Assembly: GCF_963921235.1 (NCBI RefSeq)
Contig: NC_086097.1
Coordinates: forward strand, 33,048,001 to 33,112,000
Direction: 5' to 3'
Length of the DNA: 64,000 nucleotides
Source: Mobula hypostoma
Lineage: Eukaryota
Shown here one piece after another: positions 50,901 through 64,000 of this stretch. The position numbers were made by a program, and so were the translations under genes. The notes beneath the pieces were generated by a model. That model did no database searches. It was not told the origin of the DNA and saw only the letters and a list, made by a program, of their open reading frames with translations. The stretch's first letter is position 1. Each line of letters begins with the position of its first letter.

Positions 50901-51700
50901 GAAAGGATGTCTTCCATGGTGGGAGAGTCTAGGACAGGAGGACATAGCCTCAGGATAGAGGGACGCCCTTTCAAAACAGAGATGAGAAGAAATTTCTTTA
51001 GCCAAAGGGTGGTGAATTTGTGGAATTTGATGCCACATGAAGCAGTGGAGGCCAGGTCATTGGGTGCACTTAAGGCAGAGATTGATAGGTTCTTGATTGG
51101 AAAGTTATGGGGAGAAGGCCGGGAACTGGGGTTGTGGAGGAGATAGGAAAAAAGGATGAGCCATGATTGAATGGCGAAGCAGACTCAATGGGCCAGATGG
51201 CCTAATTCTGCTCCTATGTCTCATGGTCTTATATTGTGGTCACTGCCTCCTAAATGTTCTCTTACCTCCCTAATCACCTCTGGTCATTACTTAACACCCA
51301 TTTCAGTGTAGCTGATCCTCTAGTAGGCTCAATGACAAACTGCTCTAATAAGCCACCTCATAAGCATTCAACAAACTCTCTCTCTTGAGATTCATTGCCA
51401 ACCTGATTTTCCCAATCAACCTGCATGTTGAAATCTTCCATGATTATCATAACATTGCGCTTTTGACACGCCTTTTCTATTTCCTGTTGAAATCTTTTGG
51501 GAGGCCTGTATATAACTGCCGTCAGGGTCCTATTCAACCCACAATTATTCAACATCTTCCAATCCTGTGTCACATCTTTCTACTGATTTGATGCCATTCT
51601 TTACCAGCAGAGCCACGCCACCCCTTCTGCCTACCGTCCTATCCCTCTGATACAATGTGTAACTTTGGACGTTCAGCTCCCAGCTGCAACCATCCTTCAG
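47930..51700 (-). mobile_element. CR1 LINE (minus strand, decayed), interrupted by another CR1
   Basis: Minus ORF 48655-48975 reads WKVANVTPLFKKG..NYRPISLTSVVGK. The sequence ...ttcaactcaatc (about 49753) resumes as atattgtggtcact at 51231. Confidence 0.9.
49751..51230 (+). mobile_element. 5'-truncated CR1 inserted antisense inside the minus-strand CR1
   Basis: ORFs 49799-50365 (QHGF, YLDFQKAFD, VPQGMVLGP, FADDTK), 50504-50785 and 50871-51146. The tail is ctcctatgtctcatggtctt. Confidence 0.9.
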
Positions 51701-52837
51701 GAAAAGTACCTAGTCTATCCATTCTTTCCTGATAAATCAAGCCCTCCATTCTAGACAGTATTCTTGTGAATTGTGCCTGTACCCACTCTACCTTAATCAC
51801 ATCCTTACTATAGTGTGATAACCAGAATTGTGTACAATATTCCAAGTGCAGTGGAGCCAATGATTTGTACAGCTGTAGAATGACATCTCAACTGTTGTAT
51901 TCAGTACCTCAGCTAATGAAGGTAAGCAGGCTCTGTTTAACAACACTTCCCAGTATCTTGCCATTATGTATGTCCTGTGCCTTGTCTTAATTTCCCAAAA
52001 TGCATCTTTTCGTTTGAATCACTGATATAAATTCTTTCAAATTTTGAAGATTAAGTCATAATCTGATTAGAGTGATTAAAATGCTTAAGTGATTTACAGA
52101 GAAACTCTTTCTGTTGGTGTGTGAAAACAGAACAAGCAGTCACAATCTCAATATTAAAAATATGCAGATAAAAAGAGAAATCTGGAAGGACTCTTACCAC
52201 ACAGAGTTCAGTCAGAATTTGAAGCTGTTCCAAAAAATCCCTCTTTCCCCAAAATGCTGAGGATGTTGGGGCTTGATTAAAATATTAAAACTGAGCCTTT
52301 GGGATGAAAGTTGCTGTACAGTTGCTGACACAGAGTAGGAACAATTGTATTGGCTGTCCATTGAATTCCCCTTCTGATACTTGGTTCCATTAGTTTCAGT
52401 GGGCAGTGCCTGTCATGCAACTACTGATAAATTTATTCTGTGTAGAGTCTTGTTATTAACCAAAGGAAAATTGAGATGAGTGATAAAGCAGTCAAAATTT
52501 ACTTTAATCTTGGAACAAGCTCAAGGTCTTGTTCCTATTCCTGAATATGCACTTCATAATCCAGCCCACTGAGTCCTATTCTGAATGTTGGCACAATTAA
52601 TTTAGGGAAGTTAGTTTGTAATACGGTTTTCAAAAAAAAAAGTAATAAAGGCTGTGTGTTCACATTTTACTGGTCAAGCTGGATTAGAAATCTTATACTA
52701 TGTAGGTGATACTGGATTTTGTTAAGGTGAATGATGGATGGTGGTTTTGTGGGAGCAGTCTCGAATAGGAGTGAACTCCTGTTACACATCGGGCAGTGGT
52801 AGTGTCCAGTTCGAGCTCCAGTGTCATGTGATTCTGA

Positions 52838-52972
<135 letters not shown>

Positions 52973-54054
52973 TAAGTAAGCAATGAGTTCTGCCTTTGTT
53001 CATTAATGTTTCTGCTGGGAAACACTGGTGATTCAGGAGTTAAGACAGTGACCCTTTTCTGGGGTCTTGCTCGAACAGTACAACACAGTACAGGGATTTT
53101 GGCCCACAAAGTTATGCCAACCTTATGTGAAACTACAATCTAACCCTCTCCTAACCCCCCCCCCACCACATAGCTCAGACCCTCCATTTTTCTTTCATCC
53201 ACGTGCATATCTAAGAGTATTTGAAATGGCCCTAATGAATCTGCCTCAGCCACCATCACTGACAATGCATTCCAGACACCCACCTGGTATTACTTTCTGC
53301 AGCCCTGGGAGAAAAAGGTGCTGGCTGTCCATTCTATCTATACCTCTCATAATCTTATACACCTTGAACAAGTCATTTCTCATCTTTCTTTGCTACAAAG
53401 AGAAAAGCGCTAGCTTGCTGAACGTTTACTTGTAGGACATGCTCTCTAATTCAAGCAGTAAATCTCTTCTGCACCCTCTCTAAAGCTTCCACATTCTTCC
53501 TATAATGAGGTACCAGCACTGAACACAATACTAAAAATGTAGCCTAACCAGAGTTTTATAGAGTTGCAACATTACTACACAGCTTTTGAACTCAATCCTC
53601 CAACTAAAGGCCAGCACAGCATACAGCTTCTTAACCACCCTATCAACTTTGAGGGATCAATATAAGTGGACCCAAGAACTCTCTGTCCTCTACACTTCTA
53701 AGAACCATGCTATTAACATGCTCCACCTTCAGATTCAATCTTCCAAAGTTTAAAACTTTCCATTTTTCTGGATTGAACTTCACCTGCTAATTCTCTGCAT
53801 CCTGTCTGTATCATCAGAGCCATGTAATTACAGACCATGAGCCTTGCCTAGATTATGGAAAGTGAGATTGATGAGGATTGTGGCAATAGTTTTTTGGCAT
53901 GAAAGGGTTTGTTGAAGTTGCAAGTTGTTTCTGATACTTTGAGGATTTGAAGGAATTAGCCAATGGATAAGAATGAGACTGAGGAATTCATGGAATTAAC
54001 TGATGATGTTGTTTATGTTAGTTGTTACAACACAGAGAAGGCTGTGTCCTCCAA

Positions 54055-54910
54055 AGTTTAAACTTCAAAGTAATTTATTATCAAAGTACCTATATATCAC
54101 CATATACAACCTTGAGATTCATTTTCTTGCAGCATTCACAATAGATACTAGAAACACAGTAGAATCAATGAAACACTAAAACCAACAGGACAGATAAAAA
54201 CCCAATGTGCAAAAGACAAATACAAAGCGAAAGAGAAAGAAGAAATAATAATAATAATAATAACAATAATAAATACGGGATAAGTATCAAGAACATGAGA
54301 TGAAGAGTCCTTGAGAGTCCATAGGTTGTAGGAACATTTCAGTGATGGGGTAAGTGAAATTATGCCCTCTGGTTCAAAAGCCTGATGGTTGAGAGGTAAT
54401 AACTGTTCCTGAACCTGGTGGTGTGGGTCTAGAGGCTCCTGTAACTCCTTCCTGATAGCAGCAGGAGAAGAGAGCATGGGCTGGATGATGAGGGTCCTTG
54501 ATGATGAATGCTGCTTTCCTGTGACATGGTTGGGAGGGCTTCAGCCATGATGGATTGGGCTGTATTTACTACATTTTGTAGGCAATTCCGTTCAAGAGCA
54601 TTAATGTCTCCATTACCAGGCTGTGATGCAACCAGTAATATACTCTCCACTGCACATCTATAGGTGTTGTCAAAGTTTTGGAACCCATGACAGATCTTCT
54701 CAAACTTCTAGTTTTAACTAGAGGCACTGCTATGCTGTCTTCACAGTGACACTTATGTATTGGATCCTCTGAAATGATAACATTGAGGAATTTAAAGCTG
54801 CTGACCCTCTCCACCTCTGATCTTCTAATGATGACTGGCTTATGGACCTTCAGTTTCCTCCTCCTGAAGTCAATAATCAACTTCTTGGTCTTACTGACAT
54901 TGAATGATAG
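54055..54910 (-). mobile_element. Rex1/Babar 3' fragment
   Basis: NVSKTKKLIIDFRR and VERVSSFKFL, with the tail aacttcaaagtaatttattatcaaagta. Confidence 0.85.
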
Positions 54911-54911
54911 G

Positions 54912-55325
54912 TTACACACGCAAAATGTTGGAGGAACTCAGCAGGCCAGACAGCATCTATGGAAAAAAGTACAGTTGATGTTTCGGGCCAAGACCCTTTG
55001 GCAGGACTGGAGGGAAAAAAGATGAGGAGTAGTTTTAAAAGGTGGGAGGGAGGGGAGGGAGAAACGCAAGGTGATAGGTGAAACCAGGAGGGAGAGAGAT
55101 GAAATAAAGAGTTGGGAAATTATTTGGTGAAAGGGATACAGGGCTGGAGAAGGGGGAGTCTGGTAGGAGAGAACAGAAGGCCATGGAAGAAAGAAAAGGG
55201 GGGAGGAGCACCAGAGGGAGGTGATGAGCAGGCAAAGTGATAAGTTGAAAGAGAGAAAGGGGATGGGGAATGATGAAGGTTGGGAGCATTACATGAAGTT
55301 CAAGAAATTGATGTTCATGCCGTCA
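54912..55325 (-). mobile_element. PLE 3' fragment with variant HHR, inserted in a Rex/Babar element
   Basis: The reverse complement of 54971-55010 is ccagtcctgccaaagggtcttggcccgaaacatcaactgt. The ORF end ggcatgaacatcaatttc is near 55300-55320. Confidence 0.85.
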
Positions 55326-57109
55326 GTAATAAATTGTTATTGTGACACTACTCAGACAAAAGAATGCAGGAGTACAAAATGCATAACGTTGAAAATCTGG
55401 CTATGTTCTTAGATTAACTCAATGACCAGACAACCTGTTTACAAGTTATCCCCATGTTCACCCTAGTGTTACCTAACAGAGACATCCATCTTCCTGTGCC
55501 CATCCCACAGGTTAACAAGCTTCTTTTGTCTGCTTTCCAGTTCTGACCTAAAGTGTTAACTCTGTAACTCCTCCCATTGTTGTGGCTTGAACTGCTGAAT
55601 AATTGCAGCATTTTCTGTTGTTAATTCAGATTTCCAGCATTGTGTTTTATTTCAAAGGTTCATTTATTATCGAAGTATACAACTTGAAATTCTTCTGGGT
55701 AGCCATGAAACCAGGAAAGAAAAGAAAGGCCACAAATCCCCCCTCCCCACACAAAAATTGAACAAAAATTAAACAGGCACATCATTCCCCAAATCCCTCC
55801 TCCCTCACAAAAAAACAAGAAAGATCGGGCAAAAAACACAGAATATAAAAAACTATAAGACAAAAGAAAGTCTACAGTCCAAATTTTACTTTCATCGCAG
55901 AGTACCCACAATGGTTGGCTCCAGATTAGTGCTTCTTATTGTTAAAATTTACTACAAAATGGAGTGATGGAGAAAGAGAACCAAAAATGATGAAGTGGAT
56001 TTTCCCTAGTTCTTCCTGTGCACAGACAACCCGAATGCAAATGTTTGAAAATTACCGTGCAATTATTTGAAGACTTTTGACATAGCTAAGGAAATTGAGC
56101 TACTAATTTGAAAACCAGTTATTGAAGAATTTGTTAAAATAAAATGAGGAAAAATAGGTGCAGTAAATTTGAGACTGAGAAGGCGGTGACCAATTTGGCA
56201 TTTTACATTCGTAGATTCACTTCCCAGGGGAGCAAACTTAAAATAGAATATAGAGGAGTTATCCCAAGGCATGCAGACTTGTGTCATAAGGCACAAAAAG
56301 ACAGCCTGAATTTCGAAAGCTGTTTCAGAGAAAGCTGCTGAGACATTTCAGTGAGGTGTTTAGGAAAAGCAAAAGTAACAAAAAGATGCTTTCAAAAACA
56401 ACTTCCCTTCTTTTACATTGACCTGCATTTGCCCATCTTGCCAACCTATTCAAGTCTTCCTCTATCATCACTACTTGAGATCAATGGTATCATCATGGTT
56501 AACAAGAACCTGTTACAGCTTGGAGCATTCCAGAGTTTGGAGTTCAATTCCTCCACCATTCTGTAAGGAGTCTATGTACTGTATGTACATATTCCCCATG
56601 GATATTCTGCGGGCCCTCTGGTTTCCTCTCACAGTCCGAAGATGTACTGGGTAAGTTAATTGGTCATTATAAACTTTCCCGTGATTAAGTTAGGATTAAT
56701 TAGGTTTGTCCAGGATTGCTGGACAGTGTGGCACGAGGGGCTGTAAGGGCCTTTTCTGAGCTATTTCACTAAGTAAATAAAAATAATATAAAATAAGGTC
56801 AATCTGCTGTACTGGCTAGATTTGGGCCATAGTTTCTTATACTCCAAAGTCCAAATCACTTATTTTAACGGCCCTTTAAGAGTTCCTTGCAGAACTGTTC
56901 CTACTGCACCTCTTTAATTCTTTATCCCTACTCTTTGTTTCCTTATCAGCTGACCATTTCATTCCCTATAGCCTCATTGCCTCTTAATTACATTTTTGGC
57001 AAATCACGTTAATAGAGCATCATTAAATTCTTTTCAAAGTAGTCTTATTTTTCACCCTTCCAATCCACTGTCAGTATAAAGTTGCAAGTAGAAACAATAT
57101 AACCAGGGC

Positions 57110-57440
57110 AAAGTAGCATAGGGGTAATTTTACTGGACCAGTAGAGACCTGGCTTAATTACTTCAGGAACATGAGTTCAAATCTCAACAGTATCCTGGGG
57201 AAATTATGCTAGAGAATTCAGAAATTCAAACAATAAATGGTATTATTAATAGAAACCATAAAAACTGCAGGATTGTAATAAAATCCATCTAGTTTTCTGA
57301 AAAGAAATTTGCTGGTTTCTATATTTAGCTCTGACTGACTAGTGTTGCTGACTCCAAACTATCCCCTGAAATATAAAAGGCCACATGGTTCTATGGATGT
57401 TTGGAGTAGCACAATAGATGCCTTCTTGGCAGGAATGGTA
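57110..57440 (+). mobile_element. Ancient SINE (SacSINE/Deu-like); related piece at about 7330-7610
   Basis: B-box-like catgagttcaaatc, followed by ggattgtaataaaatccatctagtt. Highly decayed and identified from memory of the consensus. Confidence 0.55.
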
Positions 57441-57454
57441 TTAAATATTATTTA

Positions 57455-57588
57455 CACAAGAGATTCTGCAGATGCTGGAAATCCAGAGAAACCCTTAGTC
57501 CTGATGAAAGGTCTCGCCTGAAACTTTATCTGTTTATCCCTCTCCATACATGCTGCCTGACCTGCTGAGTTCCTCCAGCATTTTGTGT
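57455..57588. mobile_element. Short PLE pseudo-LTR insertion with an inverted terminal segment
   Basis: A minus-strand terminus (cacaagagattctgcagatgctggaaatcc) is joined to the plus-strand sequence tagtcctgatgaaaggtctcgcctgaaac...ccagcattttgtgt. Confidence 0.8.
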
Positions 57589-59499
57589 ATATTAATTTAT
57601 TAATGTCACATGTACTTAATCAGAAGATACAAAAGCTTGAAAACACATGGCAACAGTCTCAAGGACAACTTCCATCCTGGCATTATCAAGAGTCTTGTAC
57701 GAACCTTTCATGCACTAAATTTGAAATGATATCCCAACCTACCTTATTGTGGCCTTTGCACTTTATATTGTTTACCTGCAGTGCACTTACTCGGTACCCA
57801 TAACATTATATTTTGCATTCAGAATTTTTGTTACTACTTCTGCATGTGGATTGATCTGCTTGCATGGCACGGAAACAAGAGCTTTTCACTATCTCAGTTT
57901 GCTGTTTTCATGAGGCAGCATGAAGATTGTACAGAGTTAATGGAGAGAGGCTTGCTTGCATTATGGTCAGGGCTGCATTCACAACACTCCTGTGAACACA
58001 AACAAAAAGAAGTCCTGCATGGGCATAGTGATGCAGTGCTGAAGTTATTTAGGATTTATAGAGGGATCTTTGTCAGCTGGGTAAGTGGACTGAGGAGTGG
58101 CAAATGGAGTTTACGTGGGGTGTGCAGAATGGTTAACAAAGGCCTGCATCCTATGCATAGCATAACAAATTTATTCAGTACTGGTGAAATGGAATTTGCC
58201 AATCTAGTCTTTGCTGCTTTCTAAACTGCATCAGCCCTAATTATCTGCTGTCACCCCCCCCCAGCCGCCATAGCACCGCAGCTTTATCCTCATGTCAATC
58301 CAGTTCCCTCTTGAAAACCCTGAATGCTAATGTCACGAACAATTCTAATGATATCTGCTCCTACTGACATGCTTTCAAAAGATGGTAGTGCAGTGTTCCC
58401 AGAAGTGAGTATGTGGGGGATAATTTTAAGGTGATTGGAGGAAAGTATAGGGGAGATGTCAGAGAAGTGTTTTTTTTTAACACAGAGTGTGGTGGGTGTG
58501 TGGACCACCCTGCCATGGTGGTGGTAGAGGCAGATACATTGGGGACATTTAAGAGACTATGAGATAGGCATATGGGTTATAGAAAAAATGGAGGGCTATG
58601 TGGGAGGGAAAGGTTAGATTGATCTTAGAGTAGGTTAAGAAAAGCACAACATTGTGGGCTGAAGGGCCTGTACTGTACTGTTCTATAATGTATGGGTAGC
58701 CAAGAAATTGACATTAAACCCCATAGCCTCTTGTGTGATCAGCCATAGCACAGAAATCTCAGCTGATTACTAGTGACTACTTTCCCTTAAACTGAAATTT
58801 GGAATTCTCCCATATTTATCAGCAACTGAGGAAGTTCAGAGTGTCAGATGAAGATGATTGCATCTTGGGCCTGCTGCTTCAAGGCTTTGTTAATGGCACA
58901 CATGGTAGCAAGGTGGTTAGCAGTCAAAGTATTGAGCTATTCAACCAGAGATATGAATTTGAATCCCACTGCATTTGGGAGTTTCAATCAAAATAATTAA
59001 ATCAATCTGGAATTTAAATCTTCCAAAATTATACTGATTAGAACATAGAACTGTACATCACAGGAACAGGCCCTTCAGACCACAATGTTATGCTGAACTA
59101 ATTATGTGATTAAATGCTTAACAGAACTAATCCCTTCTGCCTATGCAATGTACATATTCCTCCAATCTCAGATTTTAGAATGGTTCCTGCAGATTGGAGG
59201 GAAGCAAAAAGAAGGCTGTTGACTAAGTGCTGATATATAAGATTAGTGTAAAGTTAATGATCTGTTAGATCATGCTGAACCAAAGGACTTATTCTGTTGT
59301 ATATGATACCACGACTCTAGGATTCAAACTTGACTTCACATTTTAAGAAAGGGTCTTTGTGAGAACACACTTGGAGTACTGTGACTTGAGCCCTAGGGCC
59401 GATTAGTCAGGATCAGATTGAAAGAGAGGACAGGTGTGAGGGGTCTGTTGGCCTAATCTTTTTCCAGCTATCTTTTTGCCTAGATGGATTCAAGGGATA

Positions 59500-60310
59500 A
59501 AAACCAAGAGATTCTGCAGTTGCAGTAAATCCAGAGTATCACACTCAAAATGCTGGAGGTACTCAGCAGGTCAGGCAACATCTATGGAGAAGAATAAAGA
59601 GCCAACATTTTGGGCCAAGACCCTTCATCAGGACTTTTCATTGGGACCGTTAAGGCCATAAGAGGGGCAGAATTAGTCCATTCAGCCCATCTGTGGTGGC
59701 CAGTGCGATCATGTTTGCTGTTGTGTGCTGGGGCAGCAGGCTGAGGGTAACAGACACCAACAGAATCAACAAACTTGTTCATAAGGCCAGTGATGTTGTG
59801 GGGATGGAACTGGACTCTCTCACAGTGGTGTCTGAAAAGAGGATGCTGTCCAAGTTGCATGCCATCTTGGTCAATGTCTCCCATCCACTACATAATGTAC
59901 TGGGTGGCACAGGAGTACATTCAGCCAGACACTCATTCCACCGAGATGCAACACTGAGTGTCATAGGAAGTCATTCCTGCCTGTGGCCATCAAACTTTAT
60001 AACTCCTCCCTTGGAGGGTCAGACACCCTGAGCCAATAGGCTGGCCCTGGACTTACTTCATAATTTACTGGCATAATTTACCTATTACTATTTAACTATT
60101 TATGGTTTTATTACTATTTATTATTTATGGTGCAACTTTAACGAAAACCAATTTCCCCCGGGATCAATAAAGTATGACTGCTACTACTACTACTATTACT
60201 AGCCCATTCTCTTTCTTTAGTCCTGAGGAAGGGTCTTAGCCGAAACATCAGCTCTTTATTCCTGTCATTAAATTCTGCCCAATATGCTGAGTTCCTCCAG
60301 CATTTGTGTT
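59500..60310. mobile_element. Inverted pair of HHR-bearing pseudo-LTRs within a single TSD
   Basis: Minus copy at about 59503-59636 and plus copy at about 60218-60310. A perfect 13-bp TSD gattcaagggata lies at 59487-59499 and 60311-60323. Confidence 0.85.
59690..60200 (+). mobile_element. Rex1/Babar 3' fragment (different subfamily) with (cta)n tail
   Basis: VVASAIMFAVVCWG..RINKLVHKA..SHPLH. Flanked by agcccat direct repeats. Related to 30190-30470. Confidence 0.82.
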
Positions 60311-60851
60311 GATTCAAGGGATATTGTGATAGGGTAGGAAACTGGTGTGGAACAAGGGTCTTTTTAAATGTTGGGGATAGGTGGAAGTATGGATTGGGCT
60401 TCTGTGCCTATTGACTAAGGCAACTGTACTGCTCCAAAGAGCACCATATGAGGTCATTCTTACACTCAACCATTAGGCTCTATAATGAGTCAACCTATGG
60501 CCAGGGTAGTGATGACCGCCCGCCCACCCCCCAGGCTGTTTGTGGAAACTTATTTTTTCATTCTTTCTACTTCTCCTCTAATATTTATATCTGTGCACTA
60601 ATTATGCTACTGTGACACTGTAATTTCCTTTGGGATCAATAAAGTATCTATCTATCTACCTTAAGTTACTGTAGGTTAGATTTTAAAGTAATGACAAACT
60701 ATGGATTCATGGAGTCAGAAATGTACAGCACAGAAACGGGTTGTTTCAGCCCACCTCTTCCATCTACTCTTTGATATTTCTGGATTTAGTTGTATTCATG
60801 GGAACTGCTCTTTAAACCCACTTCAATGAATTTGCCTTTGTATCTCAATAG

Positions 60852-60913
60852 TGATGCACCTTTGGATCTGAAGATTAAAGCAAGCTTACTGACGGATATG
60901 TTTACATTAGTGG
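60852..60913 (+). CDS. TTLL5: TTLL5 next internal coding exon (62 nt)
   Basis: AG at 60850-60851 and GTgagt at 60914. The first T completes the Cys codon TG|T, then the exon reads [20 protein letters not shown](G), continuing TTLL5 (recalled human [22 protein letters not shown]). The intron 52972-60851 is 7880 bp. Confidence 0.95.
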
Positions 60914-63900
60914 GTGAGTGCATGTTTTTTGGGAGGAACAGATTCCCTGCATTGAAAATGCATGATACCTGAGAGAAAGACCCTGTTGGAATATTATGAC
61001 TTTAGAGACCTTGGTTGCTTTCTGTCTAGGTCTGATTTCAGTTTGTGGCGTTAGAGTTGTGTAAATACCAACCCATACTTTTATGTTAAAGCAAGGGTGT
61101 ACATTGGAACACCACTGCCTATGGAAGTCTGTAGAAAATAAAATTCTGTCTTCTAATGGCACCTTACAATTTTATATCACTTAATTTGCACATATCTCCC
61201 ATAATAGTGTTCATATTATTTTGTGGTCGTCATAGAATAACATTACTTCAATTTCAGATTCAAATTTATTTATCATATGTACATCGAAACATACAATGAA
61301 ATGCGTCATTTGTGTTAACAACCAACACCCCCAAGGATGATCTGGGGACACTCTGCAAGTGTTGCCACACGTTTCAGTACTGACATAGCATGTTCCTCAG
61401 AACAACTCAAGTAGCAGCAATAACACAACAAAGCAAAGCAACAACACAAAAATAAGCCCCTTTCCCATCCCTCCCAATCACCCACACACCCAAACAGGCC
61501 TCCAACCCAAGGATAGGCCACCTCCGTACCTCCAGCCCTTTGCCCCCATATTCTCACCCTCCCAGATGCTGGGTCTCCAACTTCAGACTTCACCCCAAGA
61601 CGCCAATGAAGGGTTTGATCTTCGGGCCTCAACTTCCAGACTCGCATGGACCTCAGACAGTTTGCAGATAGAGGGGAGGGGTAATTCAAGCTTGGTCTGT
61701 ATCTCTTGTTTCCCAGTTGATGTCAGATGCTTTATTTTCTCTTAGTTCAGTAAGTATGAGTGCGTAATGTATTTAAACAGTGAATGGCAGGGAAGAGCAA
61801 CCAACACTGTGCTTTACCAGGCTCAGGATACCTCTGGGGAAAGTACTGAGTTGAGGGGGGGGGGGTGGTTTACAGAACAGGCAGTGAACCAGGTGGACTG
61901 AAGGATGAATATATCAAAAGTCAAATTCAAAACAAGTTTATTATCAAAGTATTTATACAGCATGTCACCATATACTACCTTGAGAGTAATGTTCTTGCAG
62001 ATATTTACATAAAATAAGGAAATACATAGAATTTACGAAAAACTATATATAAAGACTGAATAAATGGCATGACTTGGCACTGCACAGGGTTAAATGCAAT
62101 TTGACTGTGATTTGTTAGTGTGACTGAAATAAACAAAACCATCTGAATGTTTATCTACCACGGAAAATGTCCTTTATGAGCTCAGTGTATTGTAGCAATG
62201 TAAATGAGTGTTTTTTTACACACAAACAAATCAGACCCTGATGTAAAAGCTTAAGGGTATCGACGCCTGCGGCACTGGAGTTCATTGTCTCAATCAACAT
62301 ATGGATTTGTAAAAAAGCAAGTAATGTAATGGTTGATAGTGCATGGGGGTGTTTGTGAGGAGGTACGCTATGATGAAAGAATAACTGAACTGCTTGAGCT
62401 GCCTCATACAGAACGGGGTTCAGTAGCTGTGAGAATAAGGGCTGGAAGCCACAAAGAGACAGCTCTTTTGAGAATGAAATCAAGAATGTTGCCGGGTCTT
62501 GAGTTGTAGGGAAAGGTTGAATAGGTTAGGACTTTATTCACTGGAGCATAGGATAATGAGGGGAGACTTGACTGAGGTATACAAAATTATGAGTGGTATA
62601 GATAGAGTAAATGCAAGCAAACTTTTTTCCACTGAGGTTGGGTAAGACTAGCACTAGGTCATGAGTTAACGGTGAAAGGTGAGTATTTAAGACGAAACCT
62701 AATGGGGATCTCCACTCAGAGGGTGATGCACGTGTAGAAGGAGCTGCCAGCGGAAGTGGTGGATGTGGGTTCGATTGCAACATTTAAAAGGAGTTTGGAT
62801 CATTCCATGGATGGAAGGGATATGAAGGGCTATGGTCCAAATGCAGATCAACAGGATTAGGCAGAATAACAGTTTGGCATGATGGGCCGAAGGGCCTGTT
62901 TCTGTGCTGTAGTGCTTTGTGACTCTGGGAAACACTTCTTGAGTAGTGAAGAGTTGGATTTCAATCCTTAGTTTAAACTCCTCCCTCACCACCCCCCACC
63001 TCAAATGAAAAGGTGAAAATGATTGAAGCCAAAACTAATTTTGATAGATTTTCATTGGACAAACTATCATGGGATTTGCTGCAATTGAGTTAAAATACAG
63101 GTCAGCCAACATGAGGAATTTGCTTATGGCCCTGAGTGGCTTTTTCCTACTCCTATAACAAAATATGCACAAAAGAAAAGATTTCTTAATGGAACAAAAT
63201 AGCCAGCCAGAGAAGAATATCAAGTAACAGAGAAACAAGCTATAGCATAGATACTGTAGCTAAAGAGTTAGTACACAGAAATACCCAGAAGGGCTGTGCT
63301 GGTAATAGAGAGTCCTACAGAGGTGGTGGTGTCATTCATAAGCTGGTTTCAGGAGCTGCAAAGTGATGCAGAATAATGGATGGAGATGGCAGGGGTCTGT
63401 GTGACGAGGTTGGCGGGCACACACTGATGGGCATGAGTGAAGATGGATCACGCTGAGGTTTACTTTGATTGAACCTTGCAGACTGGTGAAGTATCAAAAT
63501 AGGATGTGACAAAAGGATGGGTAGTTCTTCAGTGATATTTGGATTTGACATGTACTGTTGCATATAAGGACACAAGTGGGCTTGTCATGGATAACGAAGT
63601 AACTTAAAGGGGGCAAACAGCTTCAAGCTGGGGCAGAGCATTGGAGTGGGGGCAGGTTATGATGGCAGCTGAGTACAATAGTATCTAGCTGGAAGCATTT
63701 TGCCCTTGAGCTGTTGTGATATTACATTGGATGGGCAGTCTGTATGTCAACTACCTTAAAGAACACCAATGCCTTGACTGATCAAGTCCCAGTACTCCAT
63801 TGAGGATGATTGTTTCAGAATCTCAGCTGCGATACAAAGGTGGAAGAGATAGCAAAGTAGATTGCAGAACCCAGAAAGTTGGAAGTTGATGACTAAAGTG

Positions 63901-64000
63901 TTGAAGTTTGAGACCCGTTCTGGTCTGTTTTATATAATTCATGCTTCCTCCTCAACCATGACTTCTACTCTTATTTACCATTAACATCGTAAAGCAGCAC

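Noticed and set aside
60790..60972. 60-aa track ORF as a standalone gene
   Set aside because: Only 60852-60913 is TTLL5-like and bounded by AG/GT. The rest is intron read-through.

Overview
Eukaryotic, repeat-dense vertebrate DNA. The repeat repertoire (CR1, Rex1/Babar, V-SINE/Deu-type SINEs, Neptune-type Penelope-like elements) suggests a cartilaginous fish, probably a ray; this is inference. The only host coding sequence I can support is two small + strand exons of the tubulin polyglutamylase TTLL5, at 52890-52971 ([28 protein letters not shown]) and 60852-60913 ([21 protein letters not shown]). The rest of the window is therefore most likely intronic. The main features are: (1) two young, near-identical Penelope-like retroelements (RT + GIY-YIG) at 24531-27417 and 38481-42013, each with a target-site duplication (TSD) and an intact minimal hammerhead ribozyme (HHR) in its 3' pseudo-LTR; (2) about ten shorter HHR-bearing derivatives, several of which start at the ribozyme, form inverted pairs inside one TSD, or share a non-canonical CUGCCGA core; (3) a four-level nest of transposons at 37.8-47.6 kb; (4) a Passport-like Tc1 transposon; (5) an antisense CR1-in-CR1 insertion; (6) a 49-bp minisatellite. 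Nearly all other ORFs in the track are transposon fragments or spurious. All calls are by eye, and boundaries of old repeats are approximate.
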